Virus record (IMG/VR): IMGVR_UViG_3300021399_004731
Length of the DNA stretch: 64,000 nt
Direction: 5' to 3' (one strand)
Source: a virus
Taxonomy: Duplodnaviria > Heunggongvirae > Uroviricota > Caudoviricetes
The notes under the pieces are model-generated. The model was not told the origin of the DNA and did not search any database. It worked only from the letters and a program-made list of their open reading frames with translations. The translations under genes and the position numbers were made by a program. Below, one piece after another: positions 1-9,186 of the stretch; the first letter of the stretch is position 1; every line of letters starts with the position of its first letter.

Positions 1-2549
1 TATTCTTGATGAGCCTTCATATGTACCGCCATTTGGGTTAATCTGAAGGATACCAGTTGAATTCTCTGGAATCCATTTTGCCTTCAGATATCCATTGCCG
101 CCAAAGATGAATCTGATAGAACGGTCTGTATATTCTGTCATCCATTCTGAGCCATATACCTTTTCCCATCCATTGAATACATAACCATCTCTAACAGGGA
201 AGAGGACATCAACATATTTATCTGATGACTTCGTAATATCAAACTTTTTACCGTGTCCTTTATAAGAGCCTCCGTTAGGGTCAATTGTCAGTCTGAACTG
301 ACCATTAGGACAAGGCTGAGTCGTACAAGCTGGAGGGTTATTTCCGTCGCCTGTAGTGTCAAGTTTCCATTGAGCTACAATGGTGTCTGTAACATTCTTC
401 TTGAATGTGTATTTTCCGTCCTTTATTTTATCTGCTGGTTTCCAGCCTGTGAATGTATAGCCATTCCTTGTTGGCGTGTAAGGTGTATATGTTGTATCTG
501 GCTTACCGAAAATACTTGTAATCTGTGATGTTCCGTTATAGACACCACCATTAGGGTCAATCTTCAACGTTCCGCCAGCTACAATGACAGGAGGAACACA
601 TACTCCCATCTTTTTCCATTTAGCTTTAATAGTTTCCTTTACACCAGACTTGAATGTATATGTGCCATTACCGTCCAGTACATTTGATGGCTCCCATCCC
701 ATAAACTCATAACAGTATCTGACAGGAGTGCCTGGCGTATAAGTCGTTCCAGGTGGGCCTTCAACTTCTTTTGGATTAGGGTCGCCATTAATTGTTCCGC
801 CATTAGGGTCTGTTGTCAATTCTCCTGGAGGATTTTCTGAAGGAGGAACAACAGGAGTGCCTGGTGTTGGTGTATCTGGAGTGCCTGGGTTTTCTGGTGT
901 GCCTGGTGGAGTCGTCTTTGAATTATAGACTGCTCTTAACACACCGTCACCACTGAATCTATAAAGTGATGTGCCAGTGCCTCTCATGAATACGCCTGTG
1001 CCGTTATAATCCCATTTGCCAAACGTCTTGGATGGGTCTCTTGAAACAGGGTCATGTATTGTTGCCTGTGAATTATGCAGCTGTGTGATGCGTTTGCCGC
1101 CTGAAATAATATCAACCTTGACATTAGCTGAGGCGTGAGGAGCTTGCCATGAGCCGTTTCCTACATAGACATCAAGCCTGTTGTTCACTAATGGAATGCC
1201 AGCAAAATATGTCCACGTTGCCCAGTTTTCTGTGGTTAGCTTGAATGTATGTCCCATATTCGTGCCTGAGCCACTGTTTGTCCAATAATATGGATAAGGA
1301 CCATCTACTGTATAGTCATTACCATGACTGTAAGAAGGCTTACGTCCCCAGAATCCGTATCCTGATTTTGCAACCTTTGTGCTCTTAGGAGAAGTACTTA
1401 CGCCAGGCTTTAGTTTCAGAGAGAATGTCTTATAAGCCTGAGCTTCAGTAGCAGAGTAATTGCCTGATACAACAGTTGTATCAGCAACTTTCTTGTTTGT
1501 GCCAGTATAGGTAGTGCGAGTAGTAGTTGTAACAACTTTTTTGTAATTAACATTTGTATTAACAGTTAGTGTTGGATAATAATTGACAGCCTTTTTTCTC
1601 GTTGTCTTGTCTTTTGCTGTTTGTTTTACTGTAAATCCATTCATCGTTTCAACTGTATGAACGCTTTTTGTTGTGTTGCCATAAGACGAATTAGACGTAG
1701 TGTTATTGTTAATTCCAGGGTAGCTTTGTGTTACTGGGCTTTTATACATATACGTTGTGTAACCGCCTTGACCACCTTGATAAGAGCCAACACCCTGGCA
1801 TCCCCAAGCTTGAGGTTCATACGCACCAGCAATGGCTTTTATTCTTTTCTTGGGATTAAGCGTTGATACGTAGACACTATATTTTTTGTTTCCATTTCCG
1901 CTCTGATTTGCCACACAATCAACAGCCACTCCACTTGTGCCTAGCAGTTTTCCATATGACAATCCCTTAACAGGTTTAGTACTGATTTTTGTTCCTTTTC
2001 CTGTAAACGAAACAATATCGTTTATTTTATTTACAAGTGACTTGACGCCGCTTTTGGATTTAGAACCTTTTATTTTATAACTTTTTGTTGTTGTCTTTGT
2101 GGTTATTTTCTCTATTACGACAGTAGCACTCTGCGTTGCTGTAAAATGATAAGTCTTATTCTGCATTGGGTCCCTTAATACCTTTACCCATTCAGCCTTG
2201 TTAGAGGACACGCCATAGCTGTTTCCAGGTGTGGTGGCCTCAGTTGATGGCATGGTAGTCGTAAAAGCATTTTTTGTATTCTTCCAGATGTTCCAGTGAT
2301 AGCTGACTGGTGGAGCTTTTGAAGTATCCATGCTCGTTTTTACTGGACTGAGATAAATATAAGCCTTCTCACCAGCACCAAGACTTATCTTGTGTCCTGT
2401 GATGTATTCAGCAAGCTTGACAGTATCGCTTTTGCCTCCACCAGTATAGGTATAATTCTCTGCATTTACTGCATTGAGTTGTCCGACAATTGGTGTAAGC
2501 ATCATAGAAAGAGAAATAAGTATTTTAGGTATGGTTTGTTTTGTTTCCA
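1..2549 (-). CDS. Large secreted surface protein with Listeria-Bacteroides (Flg_new-type) repeats. Partial: the C-terminus runs off the left edge.
   Basis: Reverse-complement reading frame is open from the ATG at 2549 to position 1. N-terminus METKQTIPKILISLSMMLTPIVGQLNA is signal-peptide-like. Repeated IDPNGG...GY.F.GW motifs (e.g. LKIDPNGGVYNG...TRNGYTFTGWKP), plus a Pro/Thr-rich linker PGTPENPGTPDTPTPGTPVVPP. No minus-strand ORF is listed in the track because the ORF is incomplete in the window. Confidence 0.7.
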
Positions 2550-2695
2550 TAACAACACGTTTTATACCTTTAAAACGTGTCCTTGCATGATTATTAATAA
2601 AAATCACCTCCTTAACGAAACATTTATATTTAATCATAATTACGCATGAATTATGTGATATTCTTTGCAACAAAAAAAACACACATAAGTGTGTT

Positions 2696-3262
2696 TTAAT
2701 TTTGTGTTTTTTGGTTTGCAATGTTTCTTTGCGTAATGCCAGGCGACAGTTTTTCTGCATCCGCTGCAACAATGTCTGGAAGCACAGAGCCATGTCCGTC
2801 AGTCCATTTTTGTTTTTTCTCATCATAGCTGAATTTTCTGCCTCTCATATAGATAAAATTATCTTCTCCAATGCTGTATGAGCGGTCATATTTCTGGAAC
2901 GTGTCGTAGTAGTAATAAACGACAAGGTATTTGTCCTGATAGTCTTTCTGAGCTACTCCATAGACAAGGCTGTTGTCCTTGATGTAGGCATCTCTCGAAA
3001 CAAGCTTCTGAGTCCTGCCAGCTGCGTCTCTGTTCTTGAGCTCTGTAGAAAAGTTAATGGGATTATCCTTATGAAAATCATTATAGCCATAAACGATATA
3101 AGAAGACATGTCAGCGAGAAAGGAACTGAATGTCATCGGCTGATTGCTGAAAGTGTAGATTCCCAGCATGATGAGACAGCATATGATGATGACAAATATA
3201 TGAGTCTGTTTCTTTGTATGTGAAACAAGTTTCTTCTTTTCTTTATTGTCCATAAGAATCAC
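2696..3262 (-). CDS. Membrane-anchored hypothetical protein. Its C-terminal domain is paralogous to the C-terminus of the protein at 3785..4759.
   Basis: ORF track. N-terminal TM segment IFVIIICCLIMLGIYTF. Motif FSTELKNRDAAGRTQKL...YYYYD resembles YSTELKTRNFAAQRNTKL...YYYGD in the neighbouring protein. Confidence 0.5.
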   Translation of the reverse strand: MILMDNKEKKKLVSHTKKQTHIFVIIICCLIMLGIYTFSNQPMTFSSFLADMSSYIVYGYNDFHKDNPINFSTELKNRDAAGRTQKLVSRDAYIKDNSLVYGVAQKDYQDKYLVVYYYYDTFQKYDRSYSIGEDNFIYMRGRKFSYDEKKQKWTDGHGSVLPDIVAADAEKLSPGITQRNIANQKTQN

Positions 3263-3769
3263 CTATTTCCACTTTCCTGTATCAACAGCTTTTTTAAAGA
3301 ATTCTTTGCCGTTTTTTATCATCTTTTTCAATGATTTGATTGATACATAGTCGCCAATATCCTTTTCGTCATTATTATCATTGATTTTTGTTGTCTGAAT
3401 GACATCGACATGGTTTTCTCTTGCTCTCTTTAGTATTTCTAGACTTGTGTCGTCATCATCAGTGAATTTATAGTATTTATCGTCTTCATGATAGATTTTT
3501 CCATTATCATCGGTGCAGGCGTTAGCTGTATCACTGCAATACAATCTTGTATCATTGGGGGTAGCTATAATCTGCTTGAGATGGAGCAAGGCCATTTTAT
3601 TTGCTCTCTGGATTGATTCATCCTTGTTGCCAGAATCAACATAGAATTCTGCCTTCTGATAATTATTAGTCGTTGTCTGTTCTATATTGTCAAATCTCTT
3701 GCCATCAAATACGCCATATAGAATCATCAAAGCAATAATGACAAAGACAACATATTTTCTGTTTCCCAT
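3263..3769 (-). CDS. Membrane-anchored hypothetical protein
   Basis: ORF track. N-terminal TM segment YVVFVIIALMILYGVF. Adjacent to and co-oriented with 2696..3262. Confidence 0.5.
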   Translation of the reverse strand: MGNRKYVVFVIIALMILYGVFDGKRFDNIEQTTTNNYQKAEFYVDSGNKDESIQRANKMALLHLKQIIATPNDTRLYCSDTANACTDDNGKIYHEDDKYYKFTDDDDTSLEILKRARENHVDVIQTTKINDNNDEKDIGDYVSIKSLKKMIKNGKEFFKKAVDTGKWK

Positions 3770-3784
3770 TTATAATCACTTCCT

Positions 3785-4759
3785 TTACCCACGCTCAGCA
3801 GCAGCAATTGCTGGATTGCTTTTTTCAATCTTGTTTCTTACATATTGAGGCAATATCTGTTTGTTCTTATTGAATAGTTTATCAATGCCTCGATATTCTC
3901 TCATCCATTGATTATCGTTTTTATTAAAGGTGTACTTGTAATCGTTATAATAAATGTTTTTTTCATCATCTGTCATATAGTCTCCATAATAGTAAATGAC
4001 ATTGACAGGGTCACCAAAATACGATTCTGTACCACTGCTGGCTCCAAGCGAATGATATGTAAGCTTTGTATTCCTTTGAGCAGCAAAGTTTCTTGTCTTG
4101 AGTTCAGTAGAATAGACATAGAAATCCATTGGTATATAGAGATTAACAGCAATTCTCTGTAGCTGTTCTGAATAATATTTTGTATTTGATGGCTGAAAAA
4201 CAGATGCCGAGCCAATACATAAAGCTAAGCAGACAACAGCACTGATAATGCAGGAAAGACCATGATATTTCTTTTCTGTGTTATCATAAATTGAATTGAA
4301 GTAATAATAGACACATTTAACTGCAGTATAGATGAGCCATAAGAAGACAAATCTTCTGAATAAGTCAAATTCCTCTATGCAAGCAAGAAAGACAGTCGCT
4401 CTTCTGAATGTATAAAGCACAAGAAAAATAATAGCCAAGCGTAATACTGACGCAGCTATCTTATGAAAAGCTTCTTTTTTATCAATCTTATTGCCGAATG
4501 ATTTAACTTGCATGTATTTCCTGCAGGCTAATATCGCCATGCCTACAATTCCAAAAACGAGATAGAGCGTTACAAAAAGCATCTGATTGCTGTCAGTTGG
4601 AATATCCTGCTGCTCAAAGAACATGATGTTCCAGTTAAGACGCATAATCCATACAAATATCAAACCAGCTATGAGCTGAAATGCATCTATAGCAAATGCT
4701 TCCTTGTTAAGTTTTTTGTTTTTCTTAGTTTTAGCTTGACCTTTATTCATACTATTCAC
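3785..4759 (-). CDS. Polytopic membrane protein with an extracytoplasmic C-terminal domain
   Basis: ORF track. Several hydrophobic helices. C-terminal domain shared with 2696..3262. Confidence 0.55.
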   Translation of the reverse strand: MNSMNKGQAKTKKNKKLNKEAFAIDAFQLIAGLIFVWIMRLNWNIMFFEQQDIPTDSNQMLFVTLYLVFGIVGMAILACRKYMQVKSFGNKIDKKEAFHKIAASVLRLAIIFLVLYTFRRATVFLACIEEFDLFRRFVFLWLIYTAVKCVYYYFNSIYDNTEKKYHGLSCIISAVVCLALCIGSASVFQPSNTKYYSEQLQRIAVNLYIPMDFYVYSTELKTRNFAAQRNTKLTYHSLGASSGTESYFGDPVNVIYYYGDYMTDDEKNIYYNDYKYTFNKNDNQWMREYRGIDKLFNKNKQILPQYVRNKIEKSNPAIAAAERG

Positions 4760-4837
4760 CTTCTATTTTTTTCTCATCACTCCTGACTTTGTTTTTTAGT
4801 CACCTAGCTCATGACTGAAGTTACGAGCTTGCGGCGA

Positions 4838-4876
4838 TTCAAAAGAGAAAAGACTCAATGAGCGAGTCTTTTTTTT
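4838..4876. terminator. Rho-independent terminator hairpin (bidirectional)
   Basis: AAGACTCaatgagcGAGTCTT followed by a T8 run. Lies between the lipoprotein gene end and the next gene start. Confidence 0.45.
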
Positions 4877-4893
4877 GAGTGTTATTCTGCTTT

Positions 4894-5403
4894 TTATTTA
4901 TTCTTTATTTCCTGAAGTGTCTTTATATCATTTTCCAGCATGTCTGCATAAGAATCACTTTCATAATCATTCTTATCAGCACCAATTCTATAGTAGAGGA
5001 CACCTCCTTCTTCAGCCTTTGCGTCATCAGGAACTTCCCATGTTACTTTTTCATACTTTGCAGGCTTAAAGTCACTATTTGCATCCATGAACGCATAAAC
5101 GTTGTCATCGTCATCAATAGCCATGTTTGTTTCATAGGCATAATAAAGCTTTTTTCCATTAGCAAGTGGTTCAAATTGCTTTTCTATTTTCTTTTTATAA
5201 GATTCAAAGTCACTCTGCTTGATTGGGGTCATTGTCTTGTAGTCAACAACTGTCTGGCCATTAGAAGTTGCATCTGGTGCTTGCTGCTGAGACTCTTTCT
5301 GAGATGTCTTATTATCCTTATTATTACCACATCCAACAACACCAAAACACATCAATAAGGCGAGTGAGCAAGCAAGACAGATTTTCTTTTTATTTCCTTT
5401 CAT
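4894..5403 (-). CDS. Lipoprotein
   Basis: Signal peptide plus lipobox FGVVGCGNN (MKGNKKKICLACSLALLMCFGVVGC). Confidence 0.6.
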   Translation of the reverse strand: MKGNKKKICLACSLALLMCFGVVGCGNNKDNKTSQKESQQQAPDATSNGQTVVDYKTMTPIKQSDFESYKKKIEKQFEPLANGKKLYYAYETNMAIDDDDNVYAFMDANSDFKPAKYEKVTWEVPDDAKAEEGGVLYYRIGADKNDYESDSYADMLENDIKTLQEIKNK

Positions 5404-5649
5404 AATTATATTCCTCCCTGATTTATATTATTATAGAAATCCTTTATATTTAATCATATCATGACCACAGGGAATCAATTTGTACTGCTGCATTCACCTC
5501 TTTTTCACTTCCCTTGGTACATCATTATAATAACATTAAAATGGCCATCTGACAAATTATATCCAAGCGAATTTAAGAAATTGCATATATTTTTGCTGAT
5601 AGCAAAAACACGAATTATGATTTAATATACACTGAATCACAATCAGGAG

Positions 5650-7032
5650 GTGATATTAATTATGAATAACAGAATCAGGCAGTTTATGACGATTCCTGTC
5701 ACATTATCCATGGTGATTGGAACTGTTGGCATGACGCCTGTACATGCATCTGGCAGTGCCTTTAGCAAGCTGAGGGAGAACTTCAACCAGATGACGGATA
5801 ACTATGGCAAGACAGGAGCTGACAACAACGACAAGGGTTATCAGACGTTCAACAACAATGCCTCTGCCAATGCCAAGGCTTCCCAGCAGCAGCTGAAACA
5901 GCAGCAGAAGGACCTGGACAGTTATTATACAAACAGCGTCAAGAACATGGACTCCAAGGTCAATGGAGGTAATGGTACAGCAAAAGCGACTCAGCAGGCT
6001 CAGTCATCCAATACAAGCAGCAATCAGACGGCAAAGACTGCATCAAATACGAATAATCAGACGTCTAACAGCAACATTCAGGAAGAGACATCATCTTCAA
6101 AGACGGCTGCTGCCAGTACGGATACAGATGATGAAGACGTTTCCATGTATTCTGAAGGTGCCCAGATAACAAGTGCCATTGCAGAGACCATCTTTGGAGA
6201 TGGCGAGAAAGAGGAAAGGACGCAGGCTGAGAAGACAGTCATTGAAGCTGCAAGATATGCAGACCTGCAGAATATTGCTCTTGCAACCGAAGAGGACTAT
6301 CAGAATGAGCTGAAAAAAGTCGAAGCTGAAGCCAAGGAGACAGCCATCAAGGAACAGCAGGAAAAGAAGAATAAAGCAACATCATCATTCAGCAACGAGA
6401 AGCAAAGCACAACGTCTTCATTCCAGAACAGCAAGAGCAATGCGGCAAAGAACTTTGATGACGGAAAGAATAATGCAACAAGCAAGTTTGGCAGCGACAA
6501 GAGCTCTGCATCATCTTCATTCAGTAATGAAAAGACAAACAGCTCCAATGGATTTGATAATAACAAGAACAGCAATAAGACAGCTTTTGAAAACGGCAAG
6601 AACAGCAATACAGCCGCCTTCAACAATGAAAAGCAGAAAGTACAGCAGGACATGAACAACAAGACTGCAGCAGCAAAAGCAAAATTCAGCAGTACTGGCG
6701 GATATAATGCAAATATGGTATCAGTTGGAAGTAGAGCAGCAAGCAATGGCGGACTGAAATATGCAAGCCTTGTTGGAAGCGGTGATGATACAGGCGGTAT
6801 TCCAAGCTATTACTCAAGCCAGGTATCTAAGTACATGAAAAAGGCTACATCAGGAATCAAGGATGCTGACAAGGCTTATAACTATTCACCAGGTGGAATA
6901 TTTACTCATGTCATTAATTTTGGAAAGAAAATTAAAGACAAAATAAGTAATAATAAAGTTGTAAAGTGGCTCAAAGAAACGAAGAAAAAATATGGTAGCA
7001 ATAAGTTACCACCTAGAGGCACATTTAACTAA
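5650..7032 (+). CDS. Secreted Asn/Ser/Thr/Lys-rich low-complexity repeat protein
   Basis: RBS AGGAGGTG precedes the ATG. Signal peptide MTIPVTLSMVIGTVGMTPVHASGSA. Internal imperfect repeats of the form SSF-NEK-xxT-S (FSNEKQSTTSSFQNSKSN...FSNEKTNSSNGFDNNKNSNKTAFENGKNSNTAAFNNEKQ). Confidence 0.6.
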   Translation: MILIMNNRIRQFMTIPVTLSMVIGTVGMTPVHASGSAFSKLRENFNQMTDNYGKTGADNNDKGYQTFNNNASANAKASQQQLKQQQKDLDSYYTNSVKNMDSKVNGGNGTAKATQQAQSSNTSSNQTAKTASNTNNQTSNSNIQEETSSSKTAAASTDTDDEDVSMYSEGAQITSAIAETIFGDGEKEERTQAEKTVIEAARYADLQNIALATEEDYQNELKKVEAEAKETAIKEQQEKKNKATSSFSNEKQSTTSSFQNSKSNAAKNFDDGKNNATSKFGSDKSSASSSFSNEKTNSSNGFDNNKNSNKTAFENGKNSNTAAFNNEKQKVQQDMNNKTAAAKAKFSSTGGYNANMVSVGSRAASNGGLKYASLVGSGDDTGGIPSYYSSQVSKYMKKATSGIKDADKAYNYSPGGIFTHVINFGKKIKDKISNNKVVKWLKETKKKYGSNKLPPRGTFN

Positions 7033-7045
7033 TATCAGCACGATG

Positions 7046-7080
7046 TTCCCGCAATGAAAATTGCAGGAACATTTTTTGCT
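7046..7080 (+). terminator. Rho-independent terminator
   Basis: GTTCCCGCAATgaaaATTGCAGGAAC followed by ATTTTTTG, immediately after the stop of 5650..7032. Confidence 0.5.
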
Positions 7081-7278
7081 AATATGATTAAATAAATATT
7101 GTATACCTATACTGACATTGCAGTCAGAGAAAGGAGATAGCTGAGCTTTGTAGACGCGTGAGTCTACCGCAATTTATGCGTGCCCTATTTTCTCTTTCTG
7201 ACTGCTTTTTTGTGTCAGCTGTGGATACTTAATAGGCACGAGCAGAAAAAACTAGCTCGTGTACAGAAGGAGAAAAAT

Positions 7279-7617
7279 ATGTTATATATCGCTTTATTGG
7301 GTCTTGTTGTAGGTCTTCCATTTGCTGTTATCGATATTGCAAGAAGCTATTATGCTTACTTGAAATACGGTATCAAGTGGTCTGAATTGAAGAAATTCAA
7401 TTCAGGCATGGAATGGATGAAGAAGGAAAGTCCTAAGGCATATGCCAAAATAATGGCAATGCCTAAGAGAAATCAGTTTGATGCGTATAATGCGTATCAA
7501 AAGAAACTGGTTCTCTTCGATGATGATGAAGAAAAACGTCGTCATCGTGAGAATTCCAAGCCTCGCTACAAGAATGCCCATTCTTCTAAGAAAAAGAAAG
7601 TCTATTACGAGGACTAG
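7279..7617 (+). CDS. Small membrane protein
   Basis: Internal ATG with good RBS (AGAAGGAGAAAAATATG) inside the track ORF 7180..7617. One TM helix ALLGLVVGLPFAVIDIA. Lys-rich C-terminus. Confidence 0.45.
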   Translation: MLYIALLGLVVGLPFAVIDIARSYYAYLKYGIKWSELKKFNSGMEWMKKESPKAYAKIMAMPKRNQFDAYNAYQKKLVLFDDDEEKRRHRENSKPRYKNAHSSKKKKVYYED

Positions 7618-7761
7618 TTTTTCTTAGACTGCGGTCCATATGTGTTTTGTGCTCACATATGGAAAACCTTGCACATTCTGAATCCATATTCAGAGTTATC
7701 AAAAGGGTAGTATGAGTAGTAACATACTATAAGTTTTACTACAGTTTGTCGCTTAAGACTA

Positions 7762-7791
7762 TGACTTCGCATTGGCGAAGTCTTTTTTGTG
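7762..7791. terminator. Terminator-like hairpin
   Basis: GACTTCGCattgGCGAAGTC followed by TTTTTTGTG. A second perfect 9-bp inverted repeat CCATATGTG...CACATATGG lies at 7637-7663. Confidence 0.4.
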
Positions 7792-7834
7792 CCTTAAACG
7801 CAAAAAAACCTCATCCTATGATGAGGTCTCTCTC

Positions 7835-8278
7835 TCACATCATCACCCATGTAATGACCTGATAGATGGCTGTGCCAACGGCAATGAAGATGCCAAAAGG
7901 CAGCATGTATCTGAAGTTTCTCTTTCTGATGAGGATGATGATGCCCACTATGCCTGACAGCAGGCTGCTGACGATGATAGCTTCCATAGTGTAAGCAATG
8001 CCAGTGAAGGCAGCCATGAGCATAATCATCTTGATATCCCCTGCCCCGATATGTCCATAATGGTATGGAATAATCAGGACAATGAATACAATCAGTGCAG
8101 AAAGTGCTGAGAATCCCAGACCTTCCTTGAGCCCATAGCAGTACCATGACATCAGCAGTCCAACTGCCATGCCTGTAAACGTCAGCACATTAGGGATGAC
8201 TTTCTTCTTCATGTCCATATAGCCACATGCTGCCAGAAAGAGCAGCATGATGGACGGCCTGATGATATCTGTAATCAT
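7835..8278 (-). CDS. Prepilin peptidase, A24 family (TadV/CpaA-like)
   Basis: Polytopic membrane protein of 147 aa with the GAGDIKM motif (corresponds to the conserved GGGD.K of TadV/CpaA) and conserved Asp in YMDMKKKVIPN. Confidence 0.6.
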   Translation of the reverse strand: MITDIIRPSIMLLFLAACGYMDMKKKVIPNVLTFTGMAVGLLMSWYCYGLKEGLGFSALSALIVFIVLIIPYHYGHIGAGDIKMIMLMAAFTGIAYTMEAIIVSSLLSGIVGIIILIRKRNFRYMLPFGIFIAVGTAIYQVITWVMM

Positions 8279-8515
8279 TTCTTTCCTCCTGTATTTTGTC
8301 TCATGATTGTGTATAACATTGTGAATTGTTGTGAATTGCTGTTCATAAGCGTAAATTATACAAATATATTATATCCGTATGAAAATAACAGCATATAAAA
8401 GGTTGCAATTTAGTCTGGAAGGTGTATACTGATAGAGCAGAGAGAGGAGAATCGTTTGCTCCTCATCGTGCCATTTTGTTTCTTGTTTTACACACCAAGC
8501 AAGGGGAGGACTTTA

Positions 8516-8848
8516 ATGGATTTTCATCATTCTTACAACGGCAATCATACGAATCCTGATACAACTTACTCCTACTACAATGATGACGATTATCTCATTC
8601 CATCTTATGATGAATTCGATGCATTATGCATGCATTTCATCATTGAGAACATAGCAAATGGCAGCTATGACGCTGATAATAAGGAAAGCATCATAGCACC
8701 ACTGAGCTACAATGACCTGCTGGATGATGACGGACCATTTGCCAATGACATCATGCATATCCTGCAGGTAGATGGCAACATGGACAGCTATGTCATTGAC
8801 CAGCTAAAAAGAGCATGCCAGCATCAGCAAGAGAGAGGACAGCAATGA
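8516..8848 (+). CDS. Acidic hypothetical protein
   Basis: Internal ATG (MDFHHSYNG) preceded by GGGGAGG RBS, within track ORF 8456..8848. Asp-rich, no TM segment. Confidence 0.4.
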   Translation: MDFHHSYNGNHTNPDTTYSYYNDDDYLIPSYDEFDALCMHFIIENIANGSYDADNKESIIAPLSYNDLLDDDGPFANDIMHILQVDGNMDSYVIDQLKRACQHQQERGQQ

Positions 8849-8873
8849 CTGTCCTCTTTTTTGTGCTCTAGCA

Positions 8874-9173
8874 TCAGTCCTCAAAGTAGTCCTTGCGGTG
8901 ATAGATTCTAGCTCTGTGTCTGTTGAAGTCCTCATAGAACAGCTCATCAGGCGTCATGCCAAAGTAGATGGCCAGCTTGTAGGCCATTTCATAGGAGAGA
9001 TTGTTGACGCCTCTTTCCACCTGGGAATAGAACTGGGGCGTGCATCCCAGTGAGATGGAAATCTCCTTCTGGGTGATATGCCTGTCAGTTCTCACCTTTC
9101 TGAGATGGACAAGAGGGAATGACAGAGGCTCTCTTGCTGGTCGTGGGTCATGCACGTCATGTGTTTCCTGCAT
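8874..9173 (-). CDS. XRE-family helix-turn-helix transcriptional regulator
   Basis: HTH_3-like ITQKEISISLGCTPQFYSQVERGVNNLSYEMAYKLAIYFGMTPDELF. Confidence 0.6.
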   Translation of the reverse strand: MQETHDVHDPRPAREPLSFPLVHLRKVRTDRHITQKEISISLGCTPQFYSQVERGVNNLSYEMAYKLAIYFGMTPDELFYEDFNRHRARIYHRKDYFED

Positions 9174-9186
9174 TCTGCATCACCTC

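Noticed and set aside
6300-6746. 148-aa minus-strand ORF and several plus ORFs inside 5650..7032
   Set aside because: Antisense or alternate-frame artefacts of the low-complexity repeat gene.
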